A DNA stretch of 64,000 bases. Origin: Octopus bimaculoides. Taxonomy: Eukaryota. Positions 39,750-54,099 of this stretch are shown here, one piece after another. The notes beneath the pieces are model-generated. The model was given only the letters and a program-made list of their open reading frames with translations. It was not told the DNA's origin and made no database searches. Made by a program: the position numbers and the translations under genes. The stretch spans positions 93,197,160 to 93,261,159 of the forward strand of contig NC_068981.1 of the NCBI RefSeq assembly GCF_001194135.2, read 5' to 3'. How positions within the stretch are numbered: position 1 is the stretch's first letter; each line of letters starts with the position of its first letter.

Positions 39750-41126
39750 AACTTAGTGCATTATGCTGTGAGTTCTTTCCATCAGAAATGGATGAAGTTT
39801 AAGTGAATAACTAGTGATCTCTTCACGTAGCAAAACTAGTTAACTACTAAAAATCGTTTATTGACAACCATATATGCAGTAGAAAGCAGACAGATCAGAA
39901 ACTTAAGTTGCATTCGCTAGCTGCTAAAATACAAGATAATCTCTTAAAAAATACAATTTTAAAATAATGAGGAAAGTATGTTGAGAATAAAAGTGCAAGA
40001 AATGAAACGTCATAAAATCAGTAGCTAATCCGCCTTCATTTTTCTTTTTTGCATATGATTAAGAAAGATTAATAAAAAAAAAATATCAGAAAACCATGGA
40101 TATGTACATTGCGTCCATAAGAAAAGTATAAACAAAAAACAAATATTCCAAACAAACCTGTTTCGATAAAAATAGAATCATTCAATAAAGGAGACAAAGA
40201 TGCTGGTGGCAATGTTCGAAATTCAGAAAGTTAAGGTGATTCAAATAAAATTCTGAATATGTTGTTGAGGGAGATGGGAGAATCAAATTTTACATCTAAT
40301 AACTAAACCAAGACGGAGACGTCGTTATTTACATTTTTGTACTTGGCAACTATCTGTATGTGATATAAATATTTCATATTTTTAGTGTTTTGTGTTTCGG
40401 TACTCGATATATTTGATGTGTAGAATATTAATGAATACATAGAAAATACACGAAATTCCTGTTGGGCTTTTGTTGTCCTTATGTGTATGTCCCAAACTCT
40501 GATATATGATGTCTTTCAATGTATAACGGTTGTGTTCTGCAAATAACTTTCTCTACTCAGTTATCGTTATGAAGTTAATCAGAAGATATCGGTTGTCGTA
40601 AATGTAATAAACTTTTAGAATAAGGTTAATTAGAAAGATAAGACGCTGTAGGGAATTTGGAACATTCATGAATGTATGAAAATGTAATCTGAATTTGTTA
40701 TTGATGACATGGCTTTATTTAGATGTATAACACAACAGTTATAATCATTGCAGAATGGGTTGTGAGAATAGATGTAGCATCCGAAAATAATAATATTAAA
40801 CAGGACTTGCAGAAATAAATTATGTTAATCGAATTGATAAACATTCTACTGAAAAATAAAACAATAATATATTACCATTAGCATTATATAGTCTTTCAAA
40901 CATACGTTTTTGTTAGAATAGAGAAAAAAGTTTTTCAGGAGAATAAATAACCGAATGAAAATCAAGGTTTTATGGACTTCAAATAAGACAAAAATAAATA
41001 TACAATTTTCTCTCATTCGTTGGTCAGGGGCTATGTGACTGAGTTTTCAGGAACAAGTAGCGCACAACGTATCCTGAACACCACTGGAATCGGAATGTAA
41101 CACACCAACAGACAGACAGAAACACA

Positions 41127-41192
<66 letters not shown>

Positions 41193-42424
41193 CATTGTTT
41201 TCTTTATATTTTAGTACTATATTATTAGCAAAAACTGAACAAATATTCATTGTCCTAAAATCGGTGTAAAAATCCGAATTATCGAAACCATCGCAGCCAT
41301 GTTCCTTTGCGCAAAAGTTCAAAACTTTGAACAGATTTAAAGCTATAGCTCAGTTGCATACGTGATTCGGTCCAGAAGACCACACAGTGTCAGATTGGAT
41401 GTGGTCTGCTCTCTGATCTTAGCTTGCAACTCAAAATCTCGGGGAGCTGACATGAGAACGAAACCTATGAAAGCCACCTATAGATATTTGCTCGTACAAT
41501 ATAAACCGACCTTCTATACCAACCCCAATGTTGAGTATATAAAAATAAACAACCATGGTAAAGGTTCCCGTGACTCACTCTCTGTATGATTGCTTCTGTT
41601 TTATTTGTGATTGATTTAGAGACAAGCATTAGTTATGGCATCAATCGTATCAATATCTCGACAGTTACAGTACAAACACTCACGTAGTGACCCTTATCAG
41701 AATGTCCTTGCCAATTGTGCAACCACCATTTTCAACATTTCAAAGTTATTTTTGATTTCATGAACAGCAACACCAGATTCTCAGACTCCTTGTTGATGGA
41801 CTATTAAGAAATATTTTAATCAGTTCAAAGACACGAAATACATAAAATAGACATCACATGTAATAGAGTCTCCTATAAAATGATGTCAGCTACACCAATA
41901 TTTTATATCTTTAGAAATCTTATACAGGCTTTCATGGCATGCCGTAAATTGTATACAGCTAAATCAATATATATTTTAAATATTCCGTTTGATTTTGAAA
42001 GATAATTTTAAAGATGTTGCATATTCGAAGTTTGGACAATATATGACCATTTCAAAGCATCATTTCTTCTAAGTTCTGATTCTTCTTTATATCTGAATGT
42101 GTTATACATTAGATGCCTTTTCAATATCAAACGGGGATAAAGGAATTATGAATCAAAGTAGTTTCAATGTACATTTCCCCTAATTTTATATATTCTTTCG
42201 AAACTTCTACAAGTCTATATTCATTTCCCGATCTCGTGTGTGCGTGAATGCGCGCGTGTGTGTATGTGCATATGCGAGTGTCTGTTTGTGTGCACGCGTG
42301 TATGTGTGTGAGTGAGTGTGCAAGAATATGTATGTACATGTGTGTATATGTATACATAAATGTCAGTCAGTGATTTCGAAAATTTTGCTCAATAGATTTT
42401 GCCATACATTATATTATTCTAGGA

Positions 42425-42630
42425 AGGCGACGAACTACCAAAAACGTTAGCACGCTTGGCGAGATGCCTAATAGTATTTCGTCTGTCTTTACGTTCTGAA
42501 TTCAAATTGTGCCGAGGTCAACTTCACCTTTCGGGGTCGATACATTAGGTACCAGTTGCATACTGAGGTCGATCTAATTGACTGCCCCTCCTCCCCAAAA
42601 ATTGCGGGCCTTATGCCTAGAGCAGTAAAG
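42425..42630 (+). mobile_element. Short tRNA-derived SINE
   Basis: ggcgacgaactacc..cgttagcac..gttctgaattcaaatt..aggtaccagttgcatactgaggtcgatc..gggccttatgcctagag. Confidence 0.85.
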
Positions 42631-43489
42631 ATTATATTATTTTGGTCCATCTTATAAGTATGACTTTGTGGTTTCAATATATAACTAGGTTGATAGTTAA
42701 ATTCATAAAGAATATAAATATACCATCTTTATGCTATGTAAAACTGCGTGGACTATATAGTTTTGTGGAAGAGAGGTAAGAGAAATACAAAAAACGATTG
42801 TTTATGTAGATGGGGAAATGAGTGAGCTAAGTAAATATTGTTCTACTTACGCAAATTTCAGATGCCTTGTTTAGATTTGAAGATTTCTTTTTGTTCTTAA
42901 TTTTGTTTTGTTTGGTGTTGGAAATTAGGAATTGTATCATATTGTTTTATTGTGTGGTAACTTGAAAGCATGTATGGAAATAAAGGTGTAATAGGTAAAA
43001 TATTGTACGTAATTTCTAATCCTAAAAGTGCCCTGAACTACGCAGCTTTCAACGACATAAACTGAAATACTAAACAAAATGACAACGAAAGATTTGAAGT
43101 CAGAATAAAACATCTTAATTCTTAAATGTTCATACTTCCCCAAGGTAACAACATATCATTATCCAATTTTATACCTACATCTCCATCCAAAAAACCCAAC
43201 TACAACTGCTGTTGGCATCATTAGTAAGAAAATTATTAATTCCGCCATACCTAATATAAAAGCGAGCTTTGCCTTACTTAGCTGCCTTTATTCTAAAACA
43301 GTAAAGCCGCCAAATCGTATGGTTTGAATGGACATTAATTATGATTAATTGCCCGTTCTTCTAGTTCGACATTAAGCATTAAACAACTATTTCGAAACAA
43401 TTTTAGTCCTAGTACTCATTGTAGCTCTGAAGTATGCCGAATCAATTACAGCTATCACGCATTCGAATAGACACGATATTAGTAGCAAG

Positions 43490-43670
43490 GGAGGCCGCGA
43501 TCTGGCAGAATCGTTAATTCGCCTGACTAAATGCTTAGCGGAATTTCGTCCATCTTTACGTTCTGAATTTAAATTCCACCGAGGTCGACTTTCAAGATTG
43601 ATAAAATAAGTACCAGTTGAGCTTAACCCTTCCCCCGAAATTACTGGCATTGATGTTAATATTTCAAGCA
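43490..43670 (+). mobile_element. Short tRNA-derived SINE, diverged
   Basis: tggcagaatcgtta..atgcttagcggaatttcgtcc..ttaaattccaccgaggtcgac..aagtaccagttg. Confidence 0.8.
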
Positions 43671-44029
43671 CGGGCAATTCTGGGGTATTTCATAATAATG
43701 CATTCTGGATAAAGAAAAACACTTGTGAATTGTTTGGTGCATCTACGGGGTCAAATGTCATCAGAATTGTCAGTCATAAGATTGGCTTATACATATAAAC
43801 AGTACTACGCTCGTAATAACTTCTTGTTTCGGTCTAATTTTATAGTGGGCATGACCCCAAACATTTTAATCCAACAACCTCGAATACCTAATCACAAACC
43901 TGCTAACCACAAACGTAAAATAATTGTAACTGCAACAAAATCCCGGCAACCTTCATAGCTAAAATCAAAAATATATTTATCTCAAATAAGAACAAGCCAA
44001 ATATCTAATATCAACGCAAGTAAACTAAC

Positions 44030-44400
44030 GATGACATGTGCCTAAGAAAGTGATGGTGAATACAGCCAAAATCACATACTAAACACAACAACTATATTGA
44101 TCAAACCAGAATAAATTCTATGTCAGGGATGTTAACATACCTACTCCTTGTTATGTACATAGACAAAGGAAATACAACCGGAAGTTTCAGTATATCTGGA
44201 GTGCGAAGGGAAAGAAAATCAAATATTATCGATATAGCCTGGAGAACCATGCAAAACCAGGCATAAACGTTTCATGAATGTTCAGTCAGCTTCAAAAATA
44301 TACCATTATAGAGACTGTTGGCTAGAAAATTGGGACATTTGCAGGAAAATACACATATCCCGAAGTACTTTCAATTGCACACGGTCTAATATCTAAAGAG
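44030..44400 (+). mobile_element. Possible RTE-like LINE RT fragment, very degenerate
   Basis: Short matches such as KKVMVN followed by an IW..K segment fit the RTE RT C-terminus. There is no clean reading frame. Confidence 0.35.
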
Positions 44401-44752
44401 AAAGTTTTAGAAGCAGTTTCAATCTAGTAACTTCATACACAATCACATAAAACTCACATACACACATAAACACACGCACACACAAATATAGCCATATAAG
44501 TATATGTAAATATATATATATATAATATATATATATATNNNNNNNNNNNNNNNNNNNNNNNNNNNNNNNNNNNNNNNNNNNNNNNNNNNNNNNNNNNNNN
44601 NNNNNNNNNNNNNNNNNNNNNNNNNNNNNNNNNNNNNNNNNNNNNNNNNNNNNNNNNNNNNNNNNNNNNNNNNNNNNNNNNNNNNNNNNNNNNNNNNNNN
44701 NNNNNNNNNNNNNNNNNNNNNNNNNNNNNNNNNNNNNNNNNNNNNNNNNNNN

Positions 44753-44822
<70 letters not shown>

Positions 44823-44826
<4 letters not shown>

Positions 44827-45847
44827 GCGTACGCCTTGAGGGATTAAGGGATGCTTCTCTCTCTCTCTCTTTCTGTGTTATAAATACATGGATACAGACG
44901 TAGTGGATAACAGCTAGTCTTCAGCCAGACTTTTGGACCCTGTTGTGTTCACCATTCTGATTGATAGGTATTGGCGCAATTTGTCTTCTGTTCTATTGCG
45001 CGGCAAGATGCAACCCAACCAATTGCAGCCTTCAGAAAAGGTCGCGTGAGACGGTCTTTTCTGAACCCCAGTTTGAGCCGACAGTATGTTATAAATAGCT
45101 AGCCTCTCACCGTCACAGTTTTGTCAGTCTTCTCGGCTTCAAACCTTCTGAGGTCTAGCCGCTGACCACAGAGCACACAACGAGTTCCAGCGACGACAAC
45201 AACAGCCACATGGAGACTCAACACTCCACCAGCACCTTACGGCAAACTCAAACTCCATCTTCGTCGCCTCCAGCTTCTTAGCGTCAACATCGTTTATCTA
45301 CGTACACACCAACCAACAACATTCACACAGGTTCTATCTCCACACTGTTTGTGAATTACTTCACCATGGATAACAGCGATTACAACCTGCGAGAATTTCT
45401 GTACCAAGTAACCAACAGCAGCATTGAAGCCACAACTTCTCACGACATCTGCTTCTCCTCCGGCTCTGCTACGCGGCCTCAACTTCGTGTTACAGCATCT
45501 CAGCTACTGTATACCTTGGCTACGAACTGGTATTTATCATCCTTGTGTTTGGACTTTCTCCTAACGTCCTTATAGACTCTTTCTATGCTCTGAACTTATC
45601 GCACACGCATACATCCATTGTTGTATACACATATACTTTGTTTACATGACGGCCTGTCTATTATTATGTCTATATGTCGCACAAACAGACACGCAAGTGG
45701 ACATATCAATAAAATCTTCCCCTAAACCTTCTACCGGTTGTGTCTTTCTTTTCTTTCTGGCACTTATACTCATTTATCCTCTTTTATTATTTTTATTTAT
45801 ATCGACCGTGCGATGTACTAAAAGAGCCTTGTCGCACGGTCCTTATA
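44823..45847 (+). mobile_element. Probable solo LTR (about 1.0 kb)
   Basis: Starts with TG (tgttgcgtacg). It is a more GC-rich block with TATAAATAG at about 45090 and AATAAA at about 45708, and ends in a hairpin plus ccttata just before a gap. No PBS, PPT or internal genes are visible. Confidence 0.5.
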
Positions 45848-45950
45848 TATATANNNNNNNNNNNNNNNNNNNNNNNNNNNNNNNNNNNNNNNNNNNNNNN
45901 NNNNNNNNNNNNNNNNNNNNNNNNNNNNNNNNNNNNNNNNNNNNNNNNNN

Positions 45951-45967
45951 CGACGCTCTTCCGATCT
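45951..45967 (+). other. Illumina TruSeq adapter remnant at a contig edge (artefact)
   Basis: CGACGCTCTTCCGATCT matches the 3' 17 nt of the TruSeq read-1 primer sequence ACACGACGCTCTTCCGATCT and starts at the first base after the N gap. Confidence 0.93.
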
Positions 45968-48900
45968 ATATATATATTCGTATGTGTGTGTGTGCAAGTA
46001 TATTTACACGAAAGCACATTGGTGTATAGAATTTTTGAACAGCACATTTCGTATAGATTGCAGTAATCGATCAGATTTTGTAATGTAGTTCAAACGTAAA
46101 TACATTAGGAAACTTGAAACTGCAAAGAATTTCTATACGCAAGAGGACCCAATTCACTCACTCAGTCAAGGTTCTGTAGTGTGCTTTAGCAAAATACAAA
46201 AGACAGATAAAATCTTCTGTATTAACCAGTAAATTTAAGCTATTTAACTATAACCGATATATATATTTCCTCTCATGTAAAGACACATAGGCCAATAATC
46301 GTTTCAGAAGAAATAAATGTAGCAGTAGAGATAACATAACGTCACTTGGTGTTATTCTTCTATGAAAAGAGCTCCTTTTGAATCTCAACAAATAAATGAT
46401 GAAGAAATTCGATTGCATTACGTTCCTATTTAAGTTATATATTGATGGAAACCACATGCGTACATTTTCTTTTTGTTTCTTTGAAATTAACTGTATTTTA
46501 AGTATGTCGTATGTAATAAGTAACCTTAGATATTCCGACTTGGAGAATATTTGATAATGCAACAGAAGAATTATCATAAAACAGTGCTATATTAAGCAGT
46601 ATGAAAGTCTACGACAAATGTAATAATATGGATTATTTTGGATGAAGTAACATATGGTATATAAAGCAGTCAAATAATGTTTCAATGAAAGCATAGCTAT
46701 TCGAGTATAGGACGAATGTGACAATTCCATGCCTGAAATCGAAATTGCTATATTGGAAATGTCTGTTTCTGTTCTTTTGTAAATATCTGCTAAGAATTAA
46801 AGTTTGCTTCTTCTCTTCATTGTATATTTTCTCTCAGTTCCAATCTTCTGCTTTTCGTATGATTTCAACTAATAAACATAGAACAATGATTCTTCCTCTT
46901 CTGAAGTTGAAGAAGCGCAAGGAGTTCGATAGATTTACGAACTTGTTACCTTATTTTATACTTGTACAATTTAAAATGAACAAATCAATATCCTTTAGAA
47001 AATATCCATTTATTGGTATACGTGTTAAAACTAACGGAATTCATGCTTTGGATTTAAGAGTTAACACCAAAATAAATAAATTCCCATATTATGTAGCAAT
47101 GGAATCAGTTGTTGTTATCATATTTCCAGAAAGTAATATACATTCCAAAATACTTCAAATATATCTAAATGTTTGAGATATAAAGGAAAATGTTTCCAGT
47201 AACACATCGGCTGAAACGTTTTTCATCGGGTTAAAGAAAGACGTCATACCTCTGCAAATGTAGCTCTCAGTTGTCCGACATTTAGTAAAGATTAATTAAA
47301 TGGTACAAATATGTATAGTATATTTTTAACATTACACAATCCTTCATTGACTAAGCTCAATGTAATTATGTTTCTTTTCACTAGCATAACATTAATACTT
47401 ATCACATTTATGGCTGCAAACAGTGTTTACGTTTGCCTACCATCTAAATTTCCTACTTAAACGTTTGTTCCCAGACTTCCTCACATCTCTTTCTCTTATA
47501 ACGGTAGCTTCCTATGAAACTTCAATGTTGTAGCATGTATAGAGGAAGCCATTTCTACTCCTTACGATTATCACCTGAGGTATGTCACAACGGATCGGAT
47601 CTACTTGCTGCCATAGCCCACACTGCTCATTCCCACACAGATAGTTTTACATTTAATTCCTTTCTGCCTATCTCCAACAACATGTCGTTCACACTCAAAA
47701 ACACGTACCAAACTCGTGTCGATTCTATGCATAAAGACCTCCAAAATATTCCTCAGCGTAAAATGCGATCTTGTCATTCTCAAAAATAACAAAAAACACA
47801 AATGCTACACATACAAAACAATCATTAGATCCCCAACTTGAGCAGAGAGAGCACACATCTAGAACACTCGGGATCGCTCTAAAAGTTTACTCAAATCATG
47901 AAAAGCAAATACCTAGAACCCCATGAGATTACTATCCCTTATCACTTTCCAGATCAGGTCCCACCTATTATTCTACAAATCTCAGGTGAGAAGCGAATGG
48001 ACTATAACTCTGGCATATGGAACATTTTTGCTGCTGCACACACATACATACAGTACGGCATCCAGAAACATAGTCGCCCGAAGCATGTACTTGCTTCAAC
48101 CTCCGTTTCGCAGGTATATAATCACCAAAATCTACATTTTCTATCCCATACATAATTCCCCCTGTTCCTCAGAGCAAACGCGGCTTGAGAAGCATCTACT
48201 CACACACACTCAGCCATATAGAACCCGGTACATGTTCAAGTCTTTCCCACAGGAATTCAATTGGAACGAATCAGTAGAAACAGCGCACGTGGGCATGAAT
48301 TTGATCGGTCTCAGAGAAATGTGAGAGCTGCAAATTCTTTGGCATTGTAAGTTAAGGCTGACACACTTGACTGAACAAGTCCAGAATATCAAAGCTCTGA
48401 AGGTTTTATGTGAGAGTGTTTGCAGAGAATACGCATGATTAAGTTTATAACCTTTTGTACGTTTCCCGCTATGTAAACCAAGATAGACAACTACTGATTA
48501 GAAATACGGGGTAGTCACAGAGATAATCACATTGGTAGTAGGTAAAACGACAAGAACAATACCAGCAACAGTCATATACCCTATATAGAGCTCAATATGG
48601 AGGTTTCTGTGAGCCACCTACTTATGGACAAATACCGAAGATCCAATATGCCAAGTGTATTTAATTTAGTTGGAGAATAAAATTGGGATACAAACATATT
48701 CAGAATCTATTTACTCTCTGTCGTAGTTTAGGAAATAGATGGTTGAGCGATCGTTTGCATGTGTTGTAAATTGATAATACATATAATGACAGCATTATTC
48801 TCGTTTACATTGCAAATTTAAAAAGTGAATGATATATTCTGAAATATTTAACTATTAATCTTTACTAAACCTTATTACATATCGGCAGCGTCGAATCTAT

Positions 48901-49593
48901 CAGAAATATATAGTTACTTTCTAAGCGTAATACCGGTGAAGTAGGATAGGACAAAGGAATTTCGTTGCCTATTAGACAACGAGGCAGAAATGAATGCAGT
49001 GGGGCATGATATACAAAAATAGAATTAAATTTGGCAATATTGCCTTAAATTCCAGAATAAAAAGACTGAGATTTTAAATACCGTAGTTAATATACGAATA
49101 CATACATAGAAATATGGATATATAGACACACGCAGATGTATATGTATCTATATATGTATGTGTTTTTATTAGTATATATACATACATATATATTATATAT
49201 GCATGCACATATATATTTTATATATACATACACACACACATATATATATGTACGCACATATATTTATGAACATGTGTGTGTCCGTTTGTATACACACATA
49301 GGCGTATGGTATTCGTACAATTAAGTTTCTAAAATAAACTGACGATGACCAGATTGTAAATCAATGTCATTGTACCCTATATGGAAGTTAAGGCTGACGT
49401 CAATACATTTCTAAGTTGATTAATATAGAAGGTAATTTGATTAAGTTCTTATCAATAATATGATAATATAATTAGTGTTTCCCCAATTATAAAATAGTTT
49501 AACGTATATTGTGAAAACTAAATTAATGCAGGAATAGCTTCCTCGATATGAATAACTAAAAATCATTAGTAATGATCGCTCATTTGCATATGT

Positions 49594-49596
<3 letters not shown>

Positions 49597-49665
<69 letters not shown>

Positions 49666-49705
49666 GTTTTTTTTATTATCATCATCATTATTACTATTAC
49701 TATTA
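49597..49705. repeat. (AAT)n tract followed by (ATT/ATC)n
   Basis: Direct reading. Confidence 0.93.
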
Positions 49706-51799
49706 TTGTGGCTTTTGTTGGTTTTGTTCGTGTTGTTGCTTGAGGTGTGCAGCCGTATCTGTCATAGCTCTGTGCAAAAATGTAGATTTACAGTGTGTAA
49801 TATGAATGAATAACTAGCTTGAAGTAAAATGAAATTTCAGTTGTTAGATGTGTTTTCCGTATTATATAATTTCGTTAACAATGGTAACTGCTTATTTAAT
49901 ATGACTTTTATTCCGTTTATTCTTCGTCTGGGTCGGGGATAAGTGATGCTAACCATAAGTACAGAGGCAATGCATATTAATTCAAGAACAACGAGAATGT
50001 TAAATAAATTTACAAACAAAAGCACAGGTTTTAATAGTGATTACAAAGAAGAATGAAAACCATGACGATCAACCAGGTACATGTATAAGCACTAACAATT
50101 ACATGTAAAATAAAGAGAAACACAATTCCACTATCGAACGGAAAGTTTCGAAGTACAAACGTCTTCGCCGGTTAAATTAGTAAGCAGTTATCAATGAAAG
50201 ACGGTCCGGTGCGGTTTACATATACATACAGATCTTCATACTCTTCTGTTGACCAGAAGGCTAATCTGAATTTGGCTACTGTTGAGGACGCAGAACTGAA
50301 TGCAATTATATTGCAATGCAGGGCATTAAATTCTACTTACATAGCAGTAAATTCCAATAAGGTAAATGGACACAAATGATGCCCACTCTAAAGGTTAATT
50401 CTTAAAAGATATATTAGCTTTGCACTGCCCGAAAAGAAGTGCTTTTACTTTTGAGCGTACATTATATTTCATAATATATGGAACTAACTTGAACGGAATG
50501 GAAATCACGGATGAGTTATAGAAAAACATTTAGAGAATGTAAAACAAAGGAAAGTAAACTACTTTAGAGAATATGGAAGGATTTATATTAGGCTATTAAA
50601 TAATCTCTGAAACAGATATAGAACAACTCACACAAATAATGCACACCGAAAATAAGCAAAAAAATAACAACCACAGAAGTAAATGAGCTCCCACAGAAAA
50701 ACAACAAGATTCACAGTTATACCATACACATCACACATATCACTTCCCAAAAAGGGAAATATCACAATAGAAATGAGAAAACGTGCAATAAATGGGCTTG
50801 CAAAGGAATTATCACAGACCTACAAAAACGGTAGGGGAACGATCTATCACAGAACAACAAAACAGACGCATAAAATACAAAACTGCTCAATAACCTTCTA
50901 CATCAGAAAGGCAGCAACCAACCAAATATACAGTTTCAAAAGAATATAACCTCTGTGGTATACATAGCAGTAAACAGAACAGACAAAAGCCAATTAAGTG
51001 TCCTCTACGTGGCCACTCAACTTTCACAAAATTGCAGTTAAACTTCTCCTCATGCCACACTACCACATTCAAATGGGAAGGAAGCATTGAGTAATGTATT
51101 TCTTGATATAGAAATAGATAGTATAGTTAACGCTTCAATGCTTTTGAACAATATTTTTCTAGATCACAAGTGATTAGACACAAAACAACATCGGTAACAA
51201 ATAAAAATACGTGTTAACTCAGAATAATCTTAAATGTCAAGAAAACCCACCAGTGACTCGAAATAAAACTGTCTCAGCATGAATATACTCGGCTATGATA
51301 CCTGTCAATGAGATAAATTAGGTAGGATTAGAATAAGAGCGACTTCAGCGAAAGGCACCAAATAGCAATGAACAGAAAATATTCTATAAAATTAAGAAAT
51401 TAATTTGAGACATAGAAACGGAAATGAAATGAAAAAAAGATAACATTAACTAAAACGAAGTCATCCTTGAAAATAATGAAACGCATACGATATTTGCAAA
51501 ATCAAAAGGTATCGACTGCTTTGAAAATATGGCAAATATGTCTAAGGTCTTTTGATACTTCATGGCGATACTATTACTGGAATTATTCAATTGCGGGAAA
51601 CGGTTCTTCAGCACGTAGATTATTGAACAGGAAAAGAAATTCAAATTAGAAACAAATAAAATATTTGTTCAAATCACAGTCAAAAAATGATGAAAGTAAG
51701 ATATTTGCAAGACCAAAAGGTATTGAATGCTTTGAGAATATGACAAGCCTATACAAGTAAATTAATCGCTAAATTAGATGACATATCAACATATAGCCT

Positions 51800-52450
51800 G
51801 GGTTTGGTGCCTCGACAGGGTGATGCACTGTATCCTTTATCTAAACAATTCCTTTCTCGTTGCTTCAGTGCATGCAGCTAAGCATATCATAGACGTCCCT
51901 CTGGGTCCAGTTTACGAGAGCCTAGATAGTATCTATATCTTCTCTCGGCCTTATAGGCATGTAAAACAATTAGCTAGACTATGTGACATACTAACAAGTA
52001 ATTGTCGTCACTGATTGACTGCTATCGTTTTAGATTTATAATGGATAGCACCTAGCTATGAACAAATTACGAGAATTTGACCGAAATATAAACAATCAGT
52101 ATGTGGTTATATGTATGTCAAAGATGAGAACAAGCAAAATAATGAAATCAGAGGACAGCAAATATGATCCAGACACCGACATTTGAGGTTAATGACCCAA
52201 ACAAATACGGAGATGTAGATGAAAATGATACAACATAGAAAACAAGAATAAAATTAGAAATTGAACTGCAGACAACCAGACTATTATAACAAATTCAATT
52301 CCCAAAGTATGATAATAGAGATATAAATATCATTTCAGTCATAACCTTCAGCTTCGGAATAATAAACTGAAAGATATGTAGACTTTAAGAGCTTCGATAG
52401 GAAATCTAGAAAGCTACATACACTCTTCAAAAGTTGAAATCTAAAATCTA
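51800..52450 (+). mobile_element. Highly degenerate RT fragment of a divergent R4-like RLE retrotransposon
   Basis: Ordered remnants RQGDALYP (QGD..SP), FIMD (YMDD), VITFSFGIIN* (TYSFGIINW) and DFKSFDRKSRKL (D.K..DRKTRKL). Confidence 0.5.
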
Positions 52451-54099
52451 AGTGCATTGAATATACCAAACCTTAAAGAAAATTATGCAATGTGTTTGGA
52501 GTACTCCTTAATGCAGAGCAAAACAAACCAGATTAGATTAGTGTTATGAAGGAGCAAAAAAAGTTATTTCTATACAAAGGATAAAGTCTGGTTTAAAACA
52601 ATGATTAAAAAAATAACTCCATAGAATTGAACTGTGAATTGCACGCAAAGAAAAAAAATTGAATTTATTATCTCTGTTAGCCATGTGCCTAGAAATATGA
52701 CTATTCATATTTCTAGAGACATTGATCTAAAATTATTCCAAGTAAGTAAGTATATCAGAATAGAGTGATAGCTATTGTTGGTCAATAGAATTCTGCTAAT
52801 TGTTAATGACTTAATTTCAAACTAGGTTGCCTTGTTCGAATGATGGTATCTGATGTGCCACACATCTGCCACGCCAAACGCACAAATTTCACCTCAGTCT
52901 CAGAAAATTTACTGACTGATAGCTTTCTCCCATTCCATCCTCACTTTTCTTTTGTAACGTTACTTAATATAGTTGTTAATTGAATAACACAGGAAGCAAT
53001 TTACTTTCTTCAGTATTACCCTTTACGTCTACCATAAAGATCTTATTATGACAAAAATATCTTTAAGATGGTCCTTATCAAATTTATGGGCCTGAAATTG
53101 ACAATGATGTACTGCTTTCTCACATTTCTCTTCAACAGCTTTCCCGATCCTTGCATTAGCTTGCTTCCACAATAGGTAATGCTCACTAGCTTCTATAGGC
53201 TATTTATTTTAGAACTCTGACAAAATATTTGCAAATAAATAAGAGATGTGAGCATAAGTTTTGTAGGACAATTTACCTTTCTTACAACCAATCCGTGCCT
53301 CCCACGTCTGTGCTGACGTTATCAAGTTTTAGCAGCCCCTTACCTTTCACTGGGATATTTGATGCTTAGGTGGGCACTGAAATTCTCCATCTCTTGCGGA
53401 AGGCTTCTCCATTCAATCAGACAAATACGGCTGAATGTGTACAGCCCACCACCATCAATACTCATCAAAGATTTGATTATGAGTGCATAGCTATTTTACC
53501 TCACATTTCCTATCGGTTTATCATACTTAATATAAGAATATATTTAATATACCTTTTTATCCACCAACTAAAACTAAAAAACAGAATGTTTCCAAAATTA
53601 TTTACGGATCGTTTCATACTGGTACTATGTCAAGATATATTCTTATTTATTAAAAGAATGTGTATTAATGTAATCTAAGAAGATCGTCTTTCCTCTGACA
53701 GCCAATCATATCCGGAAGAGCAGCACCATCTCATCTGACTGGATATAACGCTTAAATATTACATTTAATAGTTACAAATAATACAAGTGTATACGGATCA
53801 CACTCTCTTGATTCAATCGTAACTTGTACTAAGCCTTTCCATGAATGAACTATTTTACTTTCAATAACACAATCTCCCAAATTAACGTTAAAGAAGGCTA
53901 GTATTGTTTATAGCAATAGCTAAATACACGGCATTGTTAATATACCGGTAGCTTAACTAACGAATTCGATTATTTTTACTCTGACTTCATTTGCAAACTA
54001 ACTCTTCACGTTCACTTCAAATTAGAGAATAAATCAAATTTATTGTTTTACGATTACTTTACGAGCTATAGACTACGCACAACCATACCTTATAACAGT

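Noticed and set aside
41447-41464. CTGACATGAGAACGAAAC as a hammerhead core
   Set aside because: The spacing does not fit CUGANGA, and there is no stem II or stem I.
46718-47176. 152-aa ORF
   Set aside because: Low-complexity AT-rich composition (F/K/I/L) and no domain recognised.
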